The position numbers and the translations under genes are program-made. From Casimicrobiaceae bacterium (GTDB lineage Bacteria > Pseudomonadota > Gammaproteobacteria > Burkholderiales > Casimicrobiaceae): a stretch of 40,660 nt of DNA. Shown piece by piece: positions 26,068 through 35,861 of the stretch. The DNA is taken from contig JBGPYP010000001.1 of NCBI GenBank assembly GCA_041493285.1, positions 1 through 40,660 on the forward strand, given 5' to 3'. Positions within the stretch are counted from its first letter, which is position 1. Each line of letters opens with the position of its first letter. The notes under the pieces were generated by a model. The model did not search any database. It was not told the DNA's origin and saw only the letters and a program-made list of their open reading frames with translations.

Positions 26068-27974
26068 GACGGTGGGGAATTCGCGCTCGCGTGCTCTTTC
26101 TGGCGCTGACCCCGAGCGTATTGATTTTGCTTTCGCTCGTGACCTATTTTACTTATTCGAGCATTGCCGAAGTCGATGTCTCGCTCGCACAACATGGAAG
26201 ATCGATAGCGCGGCAGCTCGCACCGGGCGCCGAGTTCGCCTTGTTCGCGGGCGACCGCGCCGCGCTGCAACGATTGACCGACGCGGCGGCCCGCGAGATG
26301 GATGTCGAGAGCGTGACGATCACCGACGCGCAGGGGCAACCGCTGGCGCGCAGTGGTCCGAGCGATGTGCAGACTGCCGAGTCGGTGCGGTTCACGGAGC
26401 TGGTCATGGAAACGTGGTTGGCAACCGTAGACCTGCCGGAACAGATGCACGAGGCCAGCGCACCGATGAAAATCGGCGAGATCACGGTGGCGATGTCGCG
26501 CACCACAACCCGGGTGCAGCAACGACGCCTTCTGCTTAACGGGCTCGCACTCGGCTGTGCGGGCGTGCTTCTCGCAGTCGCGCTCGCCATCGCGATCGGC
26601 AACAGCGTCATCCGGCCCATTCGCGGCTTGGCCGGAGCAATGGCCGAGCTGGGTCGCGGGAGACGCGTGGCGCCTCTCTCGACTGTTGGCGGCGGCGAGT
26701 TCCGCACCTTGAGCGAGGGCTTCAACCAGATGGCAGCTCGCTTGCAGGCCGACGCGCGGGAGCTGGAAGGGAGAATCGAGGGAGCGACGCGCGCGCTGAT
26801 CGCGCAGAAGGAGACCGCGGAACAGGCGACGAACGCCAAATCGCGCTTCATCGCGGCAGCCAGTCACGACCTGCGGCAGCCGCTGCACGCGATCGGTCTG
26901 TTCACCGCAACTCTGCAGCGGCGTACGAAGGGTGCCGAGCTCCAGCCGATGGTCGACGATCTGGCGCAGGCGGTCGCCGTGATGGCGCGCCTGTTCGATT
27001 CCTTGCTCGATATCTCGCGGCTCGATTCCGGAACACTGCGCGCCGAACCGCGGCCGTTTCAGCTCGACCGCTTCTTCGCCCAGGTCGCGGCGGAGTACTT
27101 CGACGCCGCGGAAAAGAAGAGTCTCCGTTTGCATGTCCGTCCGACGCATGCCGTTGTCGTCAGCGACGAACTGCTATTGCACCGCCTCCTCGCTAATCTC
27201 GTCGCGAATGCCATACGCTACACGAACGAGGGTACGGTGATGATCTGCGGCCGGCGTCGCGGCGCCGATATCCTGATCGAAGTGCGCGACAGCGGTATCG
27301 GGATCCTTTCGGACAGGCAGAAGGATATCTTCGAGGAGTTCTATCAGATAGGCAATGTCGCGCGCGATCGCAGTTTGGGCCTTGGTCTCGGACTGGCGAT
27401 CGTGTCGCGGCTGGCGCGGTTACTCGGGACGAAGGTCTGGGTTCGCTCCGCGCCCGGTCGCGGGTCGGTTTTCTCGTTGAGCGTGCCGTGTGGCGAAGAG
27501 GCGGACGTTGTGACGCCGGCCGAGCCGCCTGAGATCATGGAGCGGCCTCGGGCGTCGTCGCTTGCGGTGCTTGTCGTGGACGACGACCCACTGGTGCTTT
27601 CCGGGCATCGAGCCTTGCTCGAGGAACTCGGTTGTGAAGTGAAGACGGCCGAGGATGGCGGCAGCGCGCAAGCGGCATTGATGACCTTCGCCGACAAACC
27701 GGTCCTCGTTTTTTGCGATTTGTGGCTCCCCGGCGACCAGAACGGCATCGATGTGTTGTCAAAACTGACTGCGCTGACGAGCGCGCCTATTTCAGGTATC
27801 TTGATTTCCGGCGACACGCGGCCGGAGACGATCCAGGCGGCAAAGGCAGCAGGCTACCCTCTCCTGCACAAGCCGGTATCTCCCGCCAAGCTTCGGGCCG
27901 TGGTGACGCACTTTGCATGGACGACGCGCAGACAGACCGACACGGGTTTCCCCGATGAAGATATTGCTCGCTGA
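26064..27974 (+). CDS. Hybrid sensor histidine kinase (2 TM with periplasmic loop, HAMP, HisKA, HATPase_c, C-terminal receiver)
   Basis: GGGAGGA RBS then GTG 26064. H-box FIAAASHDLRQPLHAI, N-box LANLVANAIRYT, G-boxes VRDSGIGI and GLGLGLAIV. Receiver: LVVDDDPLVL...FCDLWLPGDQNG...LHKP. Confidence 0.9.
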   Translation: MRRWGIRARVLFLALTPSVLILLSLVTYFTYSSIAEVDVSLAQHGRSIARQLAPGAEFALFAGDRAALQRLTDAAAREMDVESVTITDAQGQPLARSGPSDVQTAESVRFTELVMETWLATVDLPEQMHEASAPMKIGEITVAMSRTTTRVQQRRLLLNGLALGCAGVLLAVALAIAIGNSVIRPIRGLAGAMAELGRGRRVAPLSTVGGGEFRTLSEGFNQMAARLQADARELEGRIEGATRALIAQKETAEQATNAKSRFIAAASHDLRQPLHAIGLFTATLQRRTKGAELQPMVDDLAQAVAVMARLFDSLLDISRLDSGTLRAEPRPFQLDRFFAQVAAEYFDAAEKKSLRLHVRPTHAVVVSDELLLHRLLANLVANAIRYTNEGTVMICGRRRGADILIEVRDSGIGILSDRQKDIFEEFYQIGNVARDRSLGLGLGLAIVSRLARLLGTKVWVRSAPGRGSVFSLSVPCGEEADVVTPAEPPEIMERPRASSLAVLVVDDDPLVLSGHRALLEELGCEVKTAEDGGSAQAALMTFADKPVLVFCDLWLPGDQNGIDVLSKLTALTSAPISGILISGDTRPETIQAAKAAGYPLLHKPVSPAKLRAVVTHFAWTTRRQTDTGFPDEDIAR

Positions 27975-28659
27975 CGATCACGAATTGATCCGTTCCGGCC
28001 TGCGCAATGAGCTCGCCGAGCTCGATGCTGTCGTCCATTTCGTCGAGGCGTGGGATGCCGAATCGCTGCAGCGCATGTTTGAGGCCAATGACGATCTCGA
28101 CCTTGCGCTGGTCGACCTTGCGATGCCTGGCATGGACGGTGCGCGGACGATCGGCCTGCTGCGTCAGAGCTATCCGACGGTTCCGATCGTCGTACTTTCG
28201 GGCGCAGATCCCCTCGCAGACGCGAGGGCGGTGCTGCGCGCGGGTGCGGTGGGCTTCATTCCGAAGACCGCGATGGCCAAGGTTACGCTGCAGGCGATCC
28301 GACTCGTGCTGGCCGGCGGGCGCTATCTCCCGTCGGAATTGATGCAGCTGCTCGATGCGGGCGAAACGGCGCCGGTCGCTGCGCAGCCGGCGATAGCGCA
28401 AGGAACCGCACCCAAACAGGCCGGTGCGGGGGGACGCTTGGACCTCCTCAGTCAGCGGCAGCGGGAGGTATTCGCGTTGCTGGCCAAGGGCTTGTCGAAC
28501 AAGATGATCGCACGTGAGCTGAACGTCACCGAAGGCACGGTGAAAACCCACGTCGCGACCATATTCGATGTGCTCAACGTCCGTAACCGCGTGTCTGCCG
28601 TCGCCGCAGCACAGGAGGCGTCTGCCGACACACATGATCCTCGCAAACTGAGCGGCTGA
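27955..28659 (+). CDS. NarL/FixJ (LuxR-type HTH) response regulator
   Basis: [34 protein letters not shown] and GFIPK (receiver). A long Ala/Pro-rich linker follows, then [40 protein letters not shown] (LuxR HTH). The start overlaps the end of the kinase gene by 20 nt. Confidence 0.9.
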   Translation: MKILLADDHELIRSGLRNELAELDAVVHFVEAWDAESLQRMFEANDDLDLALVDLAMPGMDGARTIGLLRQSYPTVPIVVLSGADPLADARAVLRAGAVGFIPKTAMAKVTLQAIRLVLAGGRYLPSELMQLLDAGETAPVAAQPAIAQGTAPKQAGAGGRLDLLSQRQREVFALLAKGLSNKMIARELNVTEGTVKTHVATIFDVLNVRNRVSAVAAAQEASADTHDPRKLSG

Positions 28660-28675
28660 CTTCATTGCGGACTCG

Positions 28676-30163
28676 ATGAAATACGCCGATCTCCGCGACT
28701 TCCTCGCGCAACTCGAACACCGCGGCGAGCTGAAGCGAATCCCCGTCGAGGTCGATCCGCGGCTGGAGATGACCGAGATCTGCGATCGCGTGCTGAAGGC
28801 CGCCGGGCCCGCGCTGCTGTTCGAGAAGCCGAAAGGGCACGCGATTCCCGTGCTGTGCAATCTGTTCGGAACGCCGCTGCGGGTCGCGCTGGGCCTGGGC
28901 GAGGAATCGGTCGCGAGCTTGCGCGAAGTCGGTAAGCTCCTCGCGTTTCTCAAGGAACCAGAGCCGCCAAAAGGATTGAAGGACGCGTGGCAAAACACGC
29001 GGCCGGTGTTCATGCAGGTGATGCACATGGCGCCGAAGGAGCGCTCCTCCGCGCCGTGCCAGGAGATCGTATGGGAGGGCGCGCAGCTCGATCTCGCGCG
29101 CCTGCCGGTGCAGACCTGCTGGCCCGGAGATGTCGCGCCGCTGATCACCTGGGGCCTCACCGTGACGCGCGGGCCCAACAAGGCTCGGCAGAACCTCGGC
29201 ATCTACCGCCAGCAGGTGATCGCGAGAAACAAGGTCATCATGCGCTGGCTGCCGCATCGCGGCGGCGCGCTCGACTTCCGCGATCATGCGCTCGCCTCGC
29301 CGGGCACGCCGTTTCCCGTCGCGGTCGCATTGGGCGCTGACCCGGCGACGATCCTCGGGGCGGTGACCCCGGTACCGGATACCCTGTCCGAATATCAGTT
29401 CGCGGGATTGCTGCGCGGCGCGCGCACCGAGATCGTCAAGTGCATCACGCATGGGCTGCAGGTGCCGGCGTCGACCGAGATCGTGCTCGAGGGTTTCATC
29501 CATCCGGACGCGCAGGACCCTACCGGCTACGAGACCGCCGCCGAAGGCCCGTTCGGCGACCACACCGGCTACTACAACGAGGTCGAGCGCTTCCCGGTGC
29601 TCACGCTCGAGCGCATTACCATGCGCCGCGATCCGATCTTCCACTCGACCTACACCGGCAAGCCGCCCGACGAGCCGGCGGTGCTCGGCGTGGCTCTCAA
29701 CGAAGTGTTCGTGCCGTTGCTGCAGAAGCAGTTCCCGGAGATCACCGACTTCTATCTGCCGCCGGAAGGGTGCTCGTATCGGCTGGCCGTCGTGAGCATG
29801 AAAAAGCAGTATCCGGGGCACGCCAAGCGCGTCATGTTCGGCGTGTGGAGCTTCCTGCGCCAGTTCATGTACACCAAGTTCATCATCGTGACCGACGACG
29901 ACGTGAACGTTCGCGATTGGAAGGAAGTGATCTGGGCACTCACCACGCGGGTCGACGCGGCGCGCGACACGCTGATCGTCGAGAACACGCCGATCGACTA
30001 TCTCGACTTCGCCTCGCCGGTCGCGGGGCTGGGCAGCAAGATGGGGATCGACGCGACCGGCAAGTGGCCGGGCGAAACGCAGCGCACCTGGGGCCGGCCG
30101 ATCGCGATGGACGAGGCGGTCAAGCGCCGCGTGGATGCGTTGTGGAGGGAGTTGGGGCTGTAG
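28676..30163 (+). CDS. ubiD: 4-hydroxy-3-polyprenylbenzoate decarboxylase
   Basis: Near full-length collinearity with remembered E. coli UbiD: [137 protein letters not shown] and [23 protein letters not shown]. Confidence 0.95.
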   Translation: MKYADLRDFLAQLEHRGELKRIPVEVDPRLEMTEICDRVLKAAGPALLFEKPKGHAIPVLCNLFGTPLRVALGLGEESVASLREVGKLLAFLKEPEPPKGLKDAWQNTRPVFMQVMHMAPKERSSAPCQEIVWEGAQLDLARLPVQTCWPGDVAPLITWGLTVTRGPNKARQNLGIYRQQVIARNKVIMRWLPHRGGALDFRDHALASPGTPFPVAVALGADPATILGAVTPVPDTLSEYQFAGLLRGARTEIVKCITHGLQVPASTEIVLEGFIHPDAQDPTGYETAAEGPFGDHTGYYNEVERFPVLTLERITMRRDPIFHSTYTGKPPDEPAVLGVALNEVFVPLLQKQFPEITDFYLPPEGCSYRLAVVSMKKQYPGHAKRVMFGVWSFLRQFMYTKFIIVTDDDVNVRDWKEVIWALTTRVDAARDTLIVENTPIDYLDFASPVAGLGSKMGIDATGKWPGETQRTWGRPIAMDEAVKRRVDALWRELGL

Positions 30164-30208
30164 GGGCCGCGGTGCGTGAACGCATTGGTCCCGGGATTCG
30201 CTCTCGGC

Positions 30209-30511
30209 TTACGAAGGCAACGACGCCTCCCGCTGCCGTGGGCGCCACACGCGCGCGATGCGATACACGGCGAGCGCGATTGCGCCGAGGCGCACGACGC
30301 GCGCGAGCCGGTGCCAGCCGAGCAGCCGCGCGATGCCATCGACCAGCGCGATCACCGCCGCAGGGCGCGCGACGGCGCCACCGATCAATCCGGCGGGGCG
30401 CAGCGCCGCGCGCGCGTCGCCGGCGTACAGGCTGAGCTGCATGCGCTGCAACTGAAGCTCCGCCAGCAGCATCTGCTTGCGCGCCGAGAGCCTCCGCAAC
30501 GACCGATTCAC
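30209..30511 (-). CDS. yqjK: YqjK-like small membrane protein
   Basis: GTG 30511 overlaps the stop of the upstream yqjE-like gene (GTGA). The product VNRSLRRLSARKQMLLAELQLQRMQLSLYAGDARAALRPAGL..., followed by a hydrophobic segment, resembles E. coli YqjK in layout. It is the third gene of a yqjD-yqjE-yqjK-like operon. Confidence 0.55.
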   Translation of the reverse strand: MNRSLRRLSARKQMLLAELQLQRMQLSLYAGDARAALRPAGLIGGAVARPAAVIALVDGIARLLGWHRLARVVRLGAIALAVYRIARVWRPRQREASLPS

Positions 30512-30903
30512 GGGTCCCTCCGCAGCGCTTCGGCGTCCCGTTCGAGCTCCGCGAGCGTAGCCGCGAACGGCCGCCCGTGCTCTTTCGCATTCTTCCGGAG
30601 TGCGAACAACGCGAGAGCGGCGACGACGACGTAGGCGAGCACGACGCCGCAGAGCGCGGCGAACGGATAGCTGTTCCAGAGCAGGGCGACCACGAGCACG
30701 GACAGCGCGACCAGCGCGAAGCAAGAAAAGACCGTCGCGATCACGACCAGCACCAGCATGATCTTCGTCTGCTCGCGCTGCTCCTCGAATTCGACCGTCG
30801 CCAGCTCGAGGCGCGTGCGCAGCATCGCGACCGTGGTCGCGGCGAGACCGGAGAGCGCGCCGCCGAGTCCCGCGGCAGGCCGCTCTGCGCCGGGTTCGGG
30901 CAC
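30508..30903 (-). CDS. yqjE: YqjE-family (DUF1469, annotated phage-holin-like) inner-membrane protein
   Basis: LRTRLELATVEFEEQREQTKIMLVLVVIATVFSCFALVALSVLVVAL parallels E. coli YqjE (VETRLRLAVVELEEEK...). Two TM helices. Confidence 0.72.
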   Translation of the reverse strand: MPEPGAERPAAGLGGALSGLAATTVAMLRTRLELATVEFEEQREQTKIMLVLVVIATVFSCFALVALSVLVVALLWNSYPFAALCGVVLAYVVVAALALFALRKNAKEHGRPFAATLAELERDAEALRRDP

Positions 30904-30909
30904 GGGCCG

Positions 30910-31224
30910 CTACCGGCGGCTGATGACTAACCCGACCAGGAAGCCGATCGCCGCCGCGACGCCGATTGCCTGCCAGGGATTGTCGCGCACGTAATCGTCG
31001 GTCACGCGCGCCGCCGCCTTGGCGCTGTCGATCGCGTCGTCCTGAAGCTCCTGCAGCCGGAGCTTCGCCGAGCGGAGCTTCGCCTCGACCTGCGTGCGCA
31101 GGTCGGTGGCCTTTTCGCCGGTCTCCTTGGAGGCCTGCTTGAGCAGCGTTTCCGCTTCCACGAGCACGTCGGAAAAGTCCTTGACGAGTGCGTCGCGGCT
31201 GCGTTCGAATCTTGCGGTAGTCAT
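30910..31224 (-). CDS. yqjD: ElaB/YqjD/DUF883-family membrane-anchored (ribosome-associated) stress protein
   Basis: 104 aa. Helical N-region (DFSDVLVEAETLLKQASKETGEKATDLRTQVEAKL) and the hallmark C-terminus DDYVRDNPWQAIGVAAAIGFLVGLVISRR. Confidence 0.8.
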   Translation of the reverse strand: MTTARFERSRDALVKDFSDVLVEAETLLKQASKETGEKATDLRTQVEAKLRSAKLRLQELQDDAIDSAKAAARVTDDYVRDNPWQAIGVAAAIGFLVGLVISRR

Positions 31225-31334
31225 GTCGATCTCCCTTCGGAGTACGGGGTGGCGGCGCGGGTCCTTCGCGCCAGATCACATATTATGTACTATCGCCACA
31301 TGACCGCAATCGGCCGGTCCACCGTAGCCGGCGA

Positions 31335-31820
31335 ATGACCATGCCACCGCTCAAGCTTCCCGCCGTCGATCCCGCCGCCGTGCCCGAAGTGCGCGGCTCC
31401 GGTTATCCCGAGCCGTTCCGCTCGCGCATGGGGGATCGCGCCAAACGGCGGCTGGGGGAGGCCTGCGGGCTGACCAAGTTCGGCGTCAATCGGGTGACCC
31501 TCGGGTTCGGCGGCCAGTCGGCGCTCCGCCACTGGCACACGCTCGAGGACGAGTTCGTCTACGTGCTCTCCGGCGAGGTCGTGCTCGTCAGCGACGCCGG
31601 CGAGCAGACACTGCACGCGGGAATGTGCGCCGGGTATCCGGCGGGAAAGCGCGATGCGCACCACTTCGTCAACCGCAGCGCGACTCCGGCGGTGTATCTC
31701 GAGATCGGCAACCGGATCGAGGGCGACAACGCGTTCTATCCCGACGACGATCTCCTCTGGTGTGACGACGGTAACGGCCCTTACGCCGCGCACAAGGACG
31801 GGCGGCGGTACCCCGATTGA
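31335..31820 (+). CDS. Cupin-domain protein, function unknown
   Basis: HWHTLEDEFVYVLSGEVVLVSDAGEQTLHAGMCAGYPAG...HHFVN fits the two cupin motifs. ATG at 31335 or 31341. Confidence 0.72.
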   Translation: MTMPPLKLPAVDPAAVPEVRGSGYPEPFRSRMGDRAKRRLGEACGLTKFGVNRVTLGFGGQSALRHWHTLEDEFVYVLSGEVVLVSDAGEQTLHAGMCAGYPAGKRDAHHFVNRSATPAVYLEIGNRIEGDNAFYPDDDLLWCDDGNGPYAAHKDGRRYPD

Positions 31821-31842
31821 AGCAACCAAGGGAAACTGAAGC

Positions 31843-32268
31843 ATGACCGACACACCCGCTCCGCCAGGAGCGAACGGCGCACCCTCGCCGTCGCTGATCT
31901 CGATGACGCTCGTGGTGTACGTGCTTTTCGGCGTCGCCGCCGTCGCCGGGCTCGCTTCGTCAGGCTTTCCGCTGATCGCGCCGCTGACGGGAATCGTCGG
32001 CGTCATCGCCATCATCCTCGCGTACGTGAAGCGAGGCGACGCCGCAGGCACATGGCTGGCGTCGCACTATCGCTGGTTGATCCGAACCTTCTGGTTCTCG
32101 TTGCTATGGGGCATCATCGGGGCGATCATCTTCGTCCTGCTCGCGATCATCCTGATCGGGCTGGTCGTCGGCTACGCGATCTGGGTCGCAACGACGATCT
32201 GGGTGATCTATCGGCTCATTCGCGGGTACGTGCTGTTCAAGGACAGCCAGCCGGTTCCGGGCATGTGA
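31843..32268 (+). CDS. Small integral membrane protein (3-4 TM helices), function unknown
   Basis: 141 aa and highly hydrophobic (LVVYVLFGVAAVAGL, GIVGVIAIILAYV, FWFSLLWGIIGAIIFVLLAIILIGLVVGYAIWVATTIWVIY). Good G/C third-position bias. Confidence 0.6.
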   Translation: MTDTPAPPGANGAPSPSLISMTLVVYVLFGVAAVAGLASSGFPLIAPLTGIVGVIAIILAYVKRGDAAGTWLASHYRWLIRTFWFSLLWGIIGAIIFVLLAIILIGLVVGYAIWVATTIWVIYRLIRGYVLFKDSQPVPGM

Positions 32269-32387
32269 CGTTACTACGCGCACGCTAGGGCGCTCGACCA
32301 GCCTGGCCTCGTACGCGCGATCGCGACGAAAACCGGCCCCGCACGCCTCGAACCTTGTCTCGAGCAACGCGAGTTGGAGCAGCGCGC

Positions 32388-33830
32388 TCATTTGAGCGGG
32401 CGTTCCAGAGCGCCGGCGTAGACGCGCTCGACGAGCAGGTCCAGCGCGCGTTGCGCGCGCGCGGCGTTCGGGTGATTGACGAAGCACACGACGATATAGC
32501 GCTTGCTGGCGCGGCCGAGCACGTAGCCCGCGAGCGCGCGCACGCCTTCCAGCGAGCCGGCCTTGAGCAACGCCTGGTCGGCGACGTCGTCATCGGCGAA
32601 GCGCTTGCGCACCGTGCCGTCGGTCGCCGCCACCGCGAGCGAGCTCACGTAGTCGGCGTGTACCCGGCTTTCGTCGGCGGCGAGCAGCAGGCGCGCCATG
32701 CTTTTGGCCGCGATCCGCTCGCGGCGGGACAGCCCCGAGCCGTTTTCCATCACCAGCTCCGGAAAATTGAGCTTCCGCTTCGCGAGCCAGCGCCGCACCG
32801 CGTCGGCCGCGTTCGCGGTCGTGGCCGGTGGCGAATGCGCGCTCGTCGCCAGTGTCAGGAAGAGCTGGCGCGCCATCACGTTGTTGGACAGCTTGTTGAT
32901 GTCGCGCACCGCGTCGTAGAGCGGTGGCGACTGCAGTGTCGCGAGCGACTTCGCTCCCGGCGGCGCCTTGCCATCGCGCACGCCGCCCGCGAACCGGCCG
33001 CCGGCATCGCTCCAGTAACGCGCGAACATCGCGTGAACGTAATGCGGGTGGTCGAGGAGAGCGACGTACCAGTCGTGCTCGCCGCAGCCGGAAGGGTAAC
33101 GGCCGCTGAAGGTCGCATCGGCACGGTCGGCGCGGTTGGCGAAGGAAGCGCCCAACCCGCCGCGCCAGTCGTTGCACTCACCCGCGACGAGCCGCGGCGC
33201 GCCGTGCAACCCCACGCTGGCGAGTGCGGGCTCCATCCGGACCTCGGCGGCGTTGCCGGCCGCGTTCGGGGCGAACACGAACCGCACGCTCTTGAAGTTG
33301 ACGAGCAGCGCATCCGGGCCGACGTTGTACGGCTTGAGCGGCTCGGCGTCGAAGGCTGCCGGGTCGTGCACGGACGGCGCAAAGTAGCTGCGGTCGAGCA
33401 CGAGATCGCCGTTGATGGTCGTGAGTCCCGTGGCACGAATGGCACCGATCAGTCCCTGAAATTGCTCGATCGTGATCTTCGGATCCCCGTAACCTTTGAG
33501 GACGAGGTTACCGTCGAGCACGCCGTCGGCGATGCTGCCGTCGACATAGGCCTCGGTCTTCCAGCGATAGTCGGGGCCGAGAAGCTCCAATCCGGCGAAG
33601 GTCGTGACGAGTTTCATCGTCGAGGCCGGGTTCATCGGCTTGACCGGCTGGTGGGAGACGAGCGGGCGCACGCCGCCGATCTCCTGCACGTACGCGCTGA
33701 CCGCGGTGAGCGGGATATGCTCGTCGAGGAACGCGCGCGCGACCGCGCGCGGCAATGCGGCGCTAGCGCTGGCCGCGACGAGCCACGCCGCGAGCGCGAG
33801 GACAGCTCGGAGGCGGCGACTCACGCGCAT
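32388..33830 (-). CDS. dacB: D-alanyl-D-alanine carboxypeptidase/endopeptidase (PBP4, peptidase S13)
   Basis: Start at ATG 33830 (MRVSRRLRAVLALAAWLVAASASAA signal peptide). Active-site NPASTMKLVTTFAGLELLGPDYRW (SxxK), LVLKGYGDP, LSNN and the KAGSLEGVRALAGY (KTG-like) region. Confidence 0.9.
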   Translation of the reverse strand: MRVSRRLRAVLALAAWLVAASASAALPRAVARAFLDEHIPLTAVSAYVQEIGGVRPLVSHQPVKPMNPASTMKLVTTFAGLELLGPDYRWKTEAYVDGSIADGVLDGNLVLKGYGDPKITIEQFQGLIGAIRATGLTTINGDLVLDRSYFAPSVHDPAAFDAEPLKPYNVGPDALLVNFKSVRFVFAPNAAGNAAEVRMEPALASVGLHGAPRLVAGECNDWRGGLGASFANRADRADATFSGRYPSGCGEHDWYVALLDHPHYVHAMFARYWSDAGGRFAGGVRDGKAPPGAKSLATLQSPPLYDAVRDINKLSNNVMARQLFLTLATSAHSPPATTANAADAVRRWLAKRKLNFPELVMENGSGLSRRERIAAKSMARLLLAADESRVHADYVSSLAVAATDGTVRKRFADDDVADQALLKAGSLEGVRALAGYVLGRASKRYIVVCFVNHPNAARAQRALDLLVERVYAGALERPLK

Positions 33831-35143
33831 GCGACGATCTCCAGCGTGCGCTCGGCGAGCAGTGCCATCTCCGCGTCGTCCAGAACGTACGGTGGCATCC
33901 AGTACACGGTTTTGCCGATCGGCCGCAGCAAGAGCTCGCGATCGAGTGCCTGGGCGAAGCACCAGCGTGAAAAATCCGGCCGCGCGGAGTCGACTTCGAA
34001 GGCCCAGATCATGCCGAGGTGCCGGAAGCTCCGAACCTTCGGATGCTGCGCGAGCGGTTGCGACAGCGCAGTGAGTTTGGCGGCGCGGATTCGATTGCGG
34101 GCGATCACGTCTTCGTCGCGGAAAAGATCGAGCACCGCCAGCGCGGCGCGGCAGGCGAGCGCGTTGCCCGTGTACGAATGCGAATGCAGGAAGCCGCGCG
34201 CGACATCGTCGTCGTAGAACGCCGCGTAGACCTCGTCGGTCGTCAGCACGACGGAAAGCGGCAGATACCCGCCGGTGATGCCCTTGGAAAGGCAGAGGAA
34301 ATCGGGCGCGATCGGAACTTGCTCGCAGGCGAACATCGTCCCGGTGCGGCCGAATCCGGTCATGATCTCGTCGGCGATCAGATGTACTTCGTAGCGCGTG
34401 CAGAGCTCGCGAGCGCGGGCGAGGTACGCGGGATCGTGGATCGCCATGCCCGCGGCGCCCTGTACCAGCGGCTCGACGATGAGCGCGGCGATCGTGGCAT
34501 GGCGCTCGGCGAGGACCGCTTCGAGCGCGCCGGCCGCGGCGAGCGCGTGATCGCGCGCGGAGGTGCCCGGCGCGGCGAGCCTCGCGTCGGGCGAAGGTGC
34601 AACGATGTTTTGGCGCAGCAACGGGGCGTACGCGTCGCGGAACAGCGCCACGTCGGTGACCGAGAGCGCGCCCAGCGTCTCGCCGTGGTAGCCGTGCTCG
34701 ACGCTCACGAACCCGGTCTTTTCCGTCCGACCGCGGTTGCGCCAGTAGTGAAAGCTCATCTTGAGCGCGATCTCGACCGCCGATGCGCCATCCGAGCCGT
34801 AGAAGCAATGCCCCAGCGTCCCCGGCACCAGCGCGGCGAGTCGCTCGGAGAGCTCGATCACGGACCGGTGCGTGAAACCGGCCAGCATCGCGTGCTCGAG
34901 GTCCGCGAGCTGCGCGGCGATCGCGGCGTTGATCGCGGGATGCGCGTGGCCGAAGAGGTTCACCCACCACGAGCTGACGGCGTCGAGATAGCGCCGGCCG
35001 TCGAAATCGTACAGCCAGGCTCCCCGGCCGCGGGCGATGGGCACCAGAGGCAGCGTCTCGTGCTGCTTCATCTGGGTGCACGGATGCCAGACCGCGGCGC
35101 GGCTGCGCGCGAGCCAATCACTATTTGTTACAAGAGTCGGCAT
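33821..35143 (-). CDS. bioA: Adenosylmethionine-8-amino-7-oxononanoate aminotransferase
   Basis: Start at ATG 35143 (MPTLVTNSDWLARSRAAVWHPCTQMK). WWVNLFGHAHP, GSDGASAVEIALKMSFHYW, HGYHGETLGALSV, LIADEIMTGFGRTG and CLSKGITGGYLPLS (PLP lysine) are classic BioA motifs. The 3' end overlaps the dacB start by 10 nt. Confidence 0.92.
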   Translation of the reverse strand: MPTLVTNSDWLARSRAAVWHPCTQMKQHETLPLVPIARGRGAWLYDFDGRRYLDAVSSWWVNLFGHAHPAINAAIAAQLADLEHAMLAGFTHRSVIELSERLAALVPGTLGHCFYGSDGASAVEIALKMSFHYWRNRGRTEKTGFVSVEHGYHGETLGALSVTDVALFRDAYAPLLRQNIVAPSPDARLAAPGTSARDHALAAAGALEAVLAERHATIAALIVEPLVQGAAGMAIHDPAYLARARELCTRYEVHLIADEIMTGFGRTGTMFACEQVPIAPDFLCLSKGITGGYLPLSVVLTTDEVYAAFYDDDVARGFLHSHSYTGNALACRAALAVLDLFRDEDVIARNRIRAAKLTALSQPLAQHPKVRSFRHLGMIWAFEVDSARPDFSRWCFAQALDRELLLRPIGKTVYWMPPYVLDDAEMALLAERTLEIVACA

Positions 35144-35297
35144 AGCGGGCGGGGGAAGGCGCGGTCGATGCGACGTGGCGCCGCAAGGCTTCTCGCCATT
35201 ATACTGGCGCTGGCAGAGGGGCCGGTGCCTCGGAACAACGCCGGCTGGCAGCTTGTTTGCCGTTGCATTAAAACGTACCGTGCACGGGCGGCGAGCG

Positions 35298-35861
35298 ATG
35301 AGGCTGGAAGAAACAGGAGGGCGGTACGGCGGCGCGGCGATCGCGCTGCACTGGTTGACCGCCGTGCTGATCGTCGCCAATCTAGCGCTGGGGCTGTCAA
35401 TGGTCCCGCTGCCGATCATCCCGCGGAAGCTGCAGTGGTACGCTTGGCACAAATGGATCGGCATTACGGTGTTTCTCTTGACCTGCGCGCGGCTCGGATG
35501 GCGCTGGGCCCGGCCGGCCCCGCCGCCGGTGGCGATGCCTGAGTGGCAGCGGCGTGCCGCGGCGGTGTCGCAGGCCCTGATGTACGCACTGCTGCTGGTG
35601 ATCCCGGTGTCCGGCTGGCTGTACAGCTCGGCGACGGGCGTGCAGGTCGTCTATCTGGGCCTGGTCCCGCTGCCCGACCTGGTGCCCCACGACAAAGCGC
35701 TGGCCGGCGTGCTCAAGGCGACGCACGTGACGTTGAACTTCACCCTGTTCGCGCTGGTCTGTGTGCATACGGCGGCCGCGCTCAAACATCACTTCGTCGA
35801 CCGCGACGCCGCGCTTACGCGCATGCTCCCGCAACTCAGGCCGAAAGGAAGCGTTGGCTGA
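35298..35861 (+). CDS. Cytochrome b561 family protein (YceJ/CybB-like)
   Basis: Start at ATG 35298. Four TM helices with conserved heme-ligand histidines (IALHWLTAVLI, WHKWIGITVF, HVTLNFTLF, AAALKHHF). The stop overlaps the next start by 1 nt (TGATG). Confidence 0.85.
   Translation: MRLEETGGRYGGAAIALHWLTAVLIVANLALGLSMVPLPIIPRKLQWYAWHKWIGITVFLLTCARLGWRWARPAPPPVAMPEWQRRAAAVSQALMYALLLVIPVSGWLYSSATGVQVVYLGLVPLPDLVPHDKALAGVLKATHVTLNFTLFALVCVHTAAALKHHFVDRDAALTRMLPQLRPKGSVG

Noticed and set aside
25821-29821. Long antisense ORFs across the kinase, regulator and ubiD genes (25821-27149 -, 27787-29202 -, 28574-29821 -)
   Set aside because: Arg/Gly/Ala-rich translations without motifs, lying opposite genes with unambiguous histidine kinase, LuxR and UbiD signatures.
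30508-30903. Phage holin or prophage remnant (the family is often annotated as phage holin)
   Set aside because: The gene sits in a yqjD-yqjE-yqjK-like operon like the one in E. coli, with no phage structural, integrase or lysis genes nearby.
32388-35117. 909-aa ORF that looks like a giant fusion protein
   Set aside because: Only the C-terminal 480 aa (from ATG 33830) are PBP4-like. The upstream part is an out-of-frame shadow of bioA (33821-35143), which has unambiguous motifs in its own frame.
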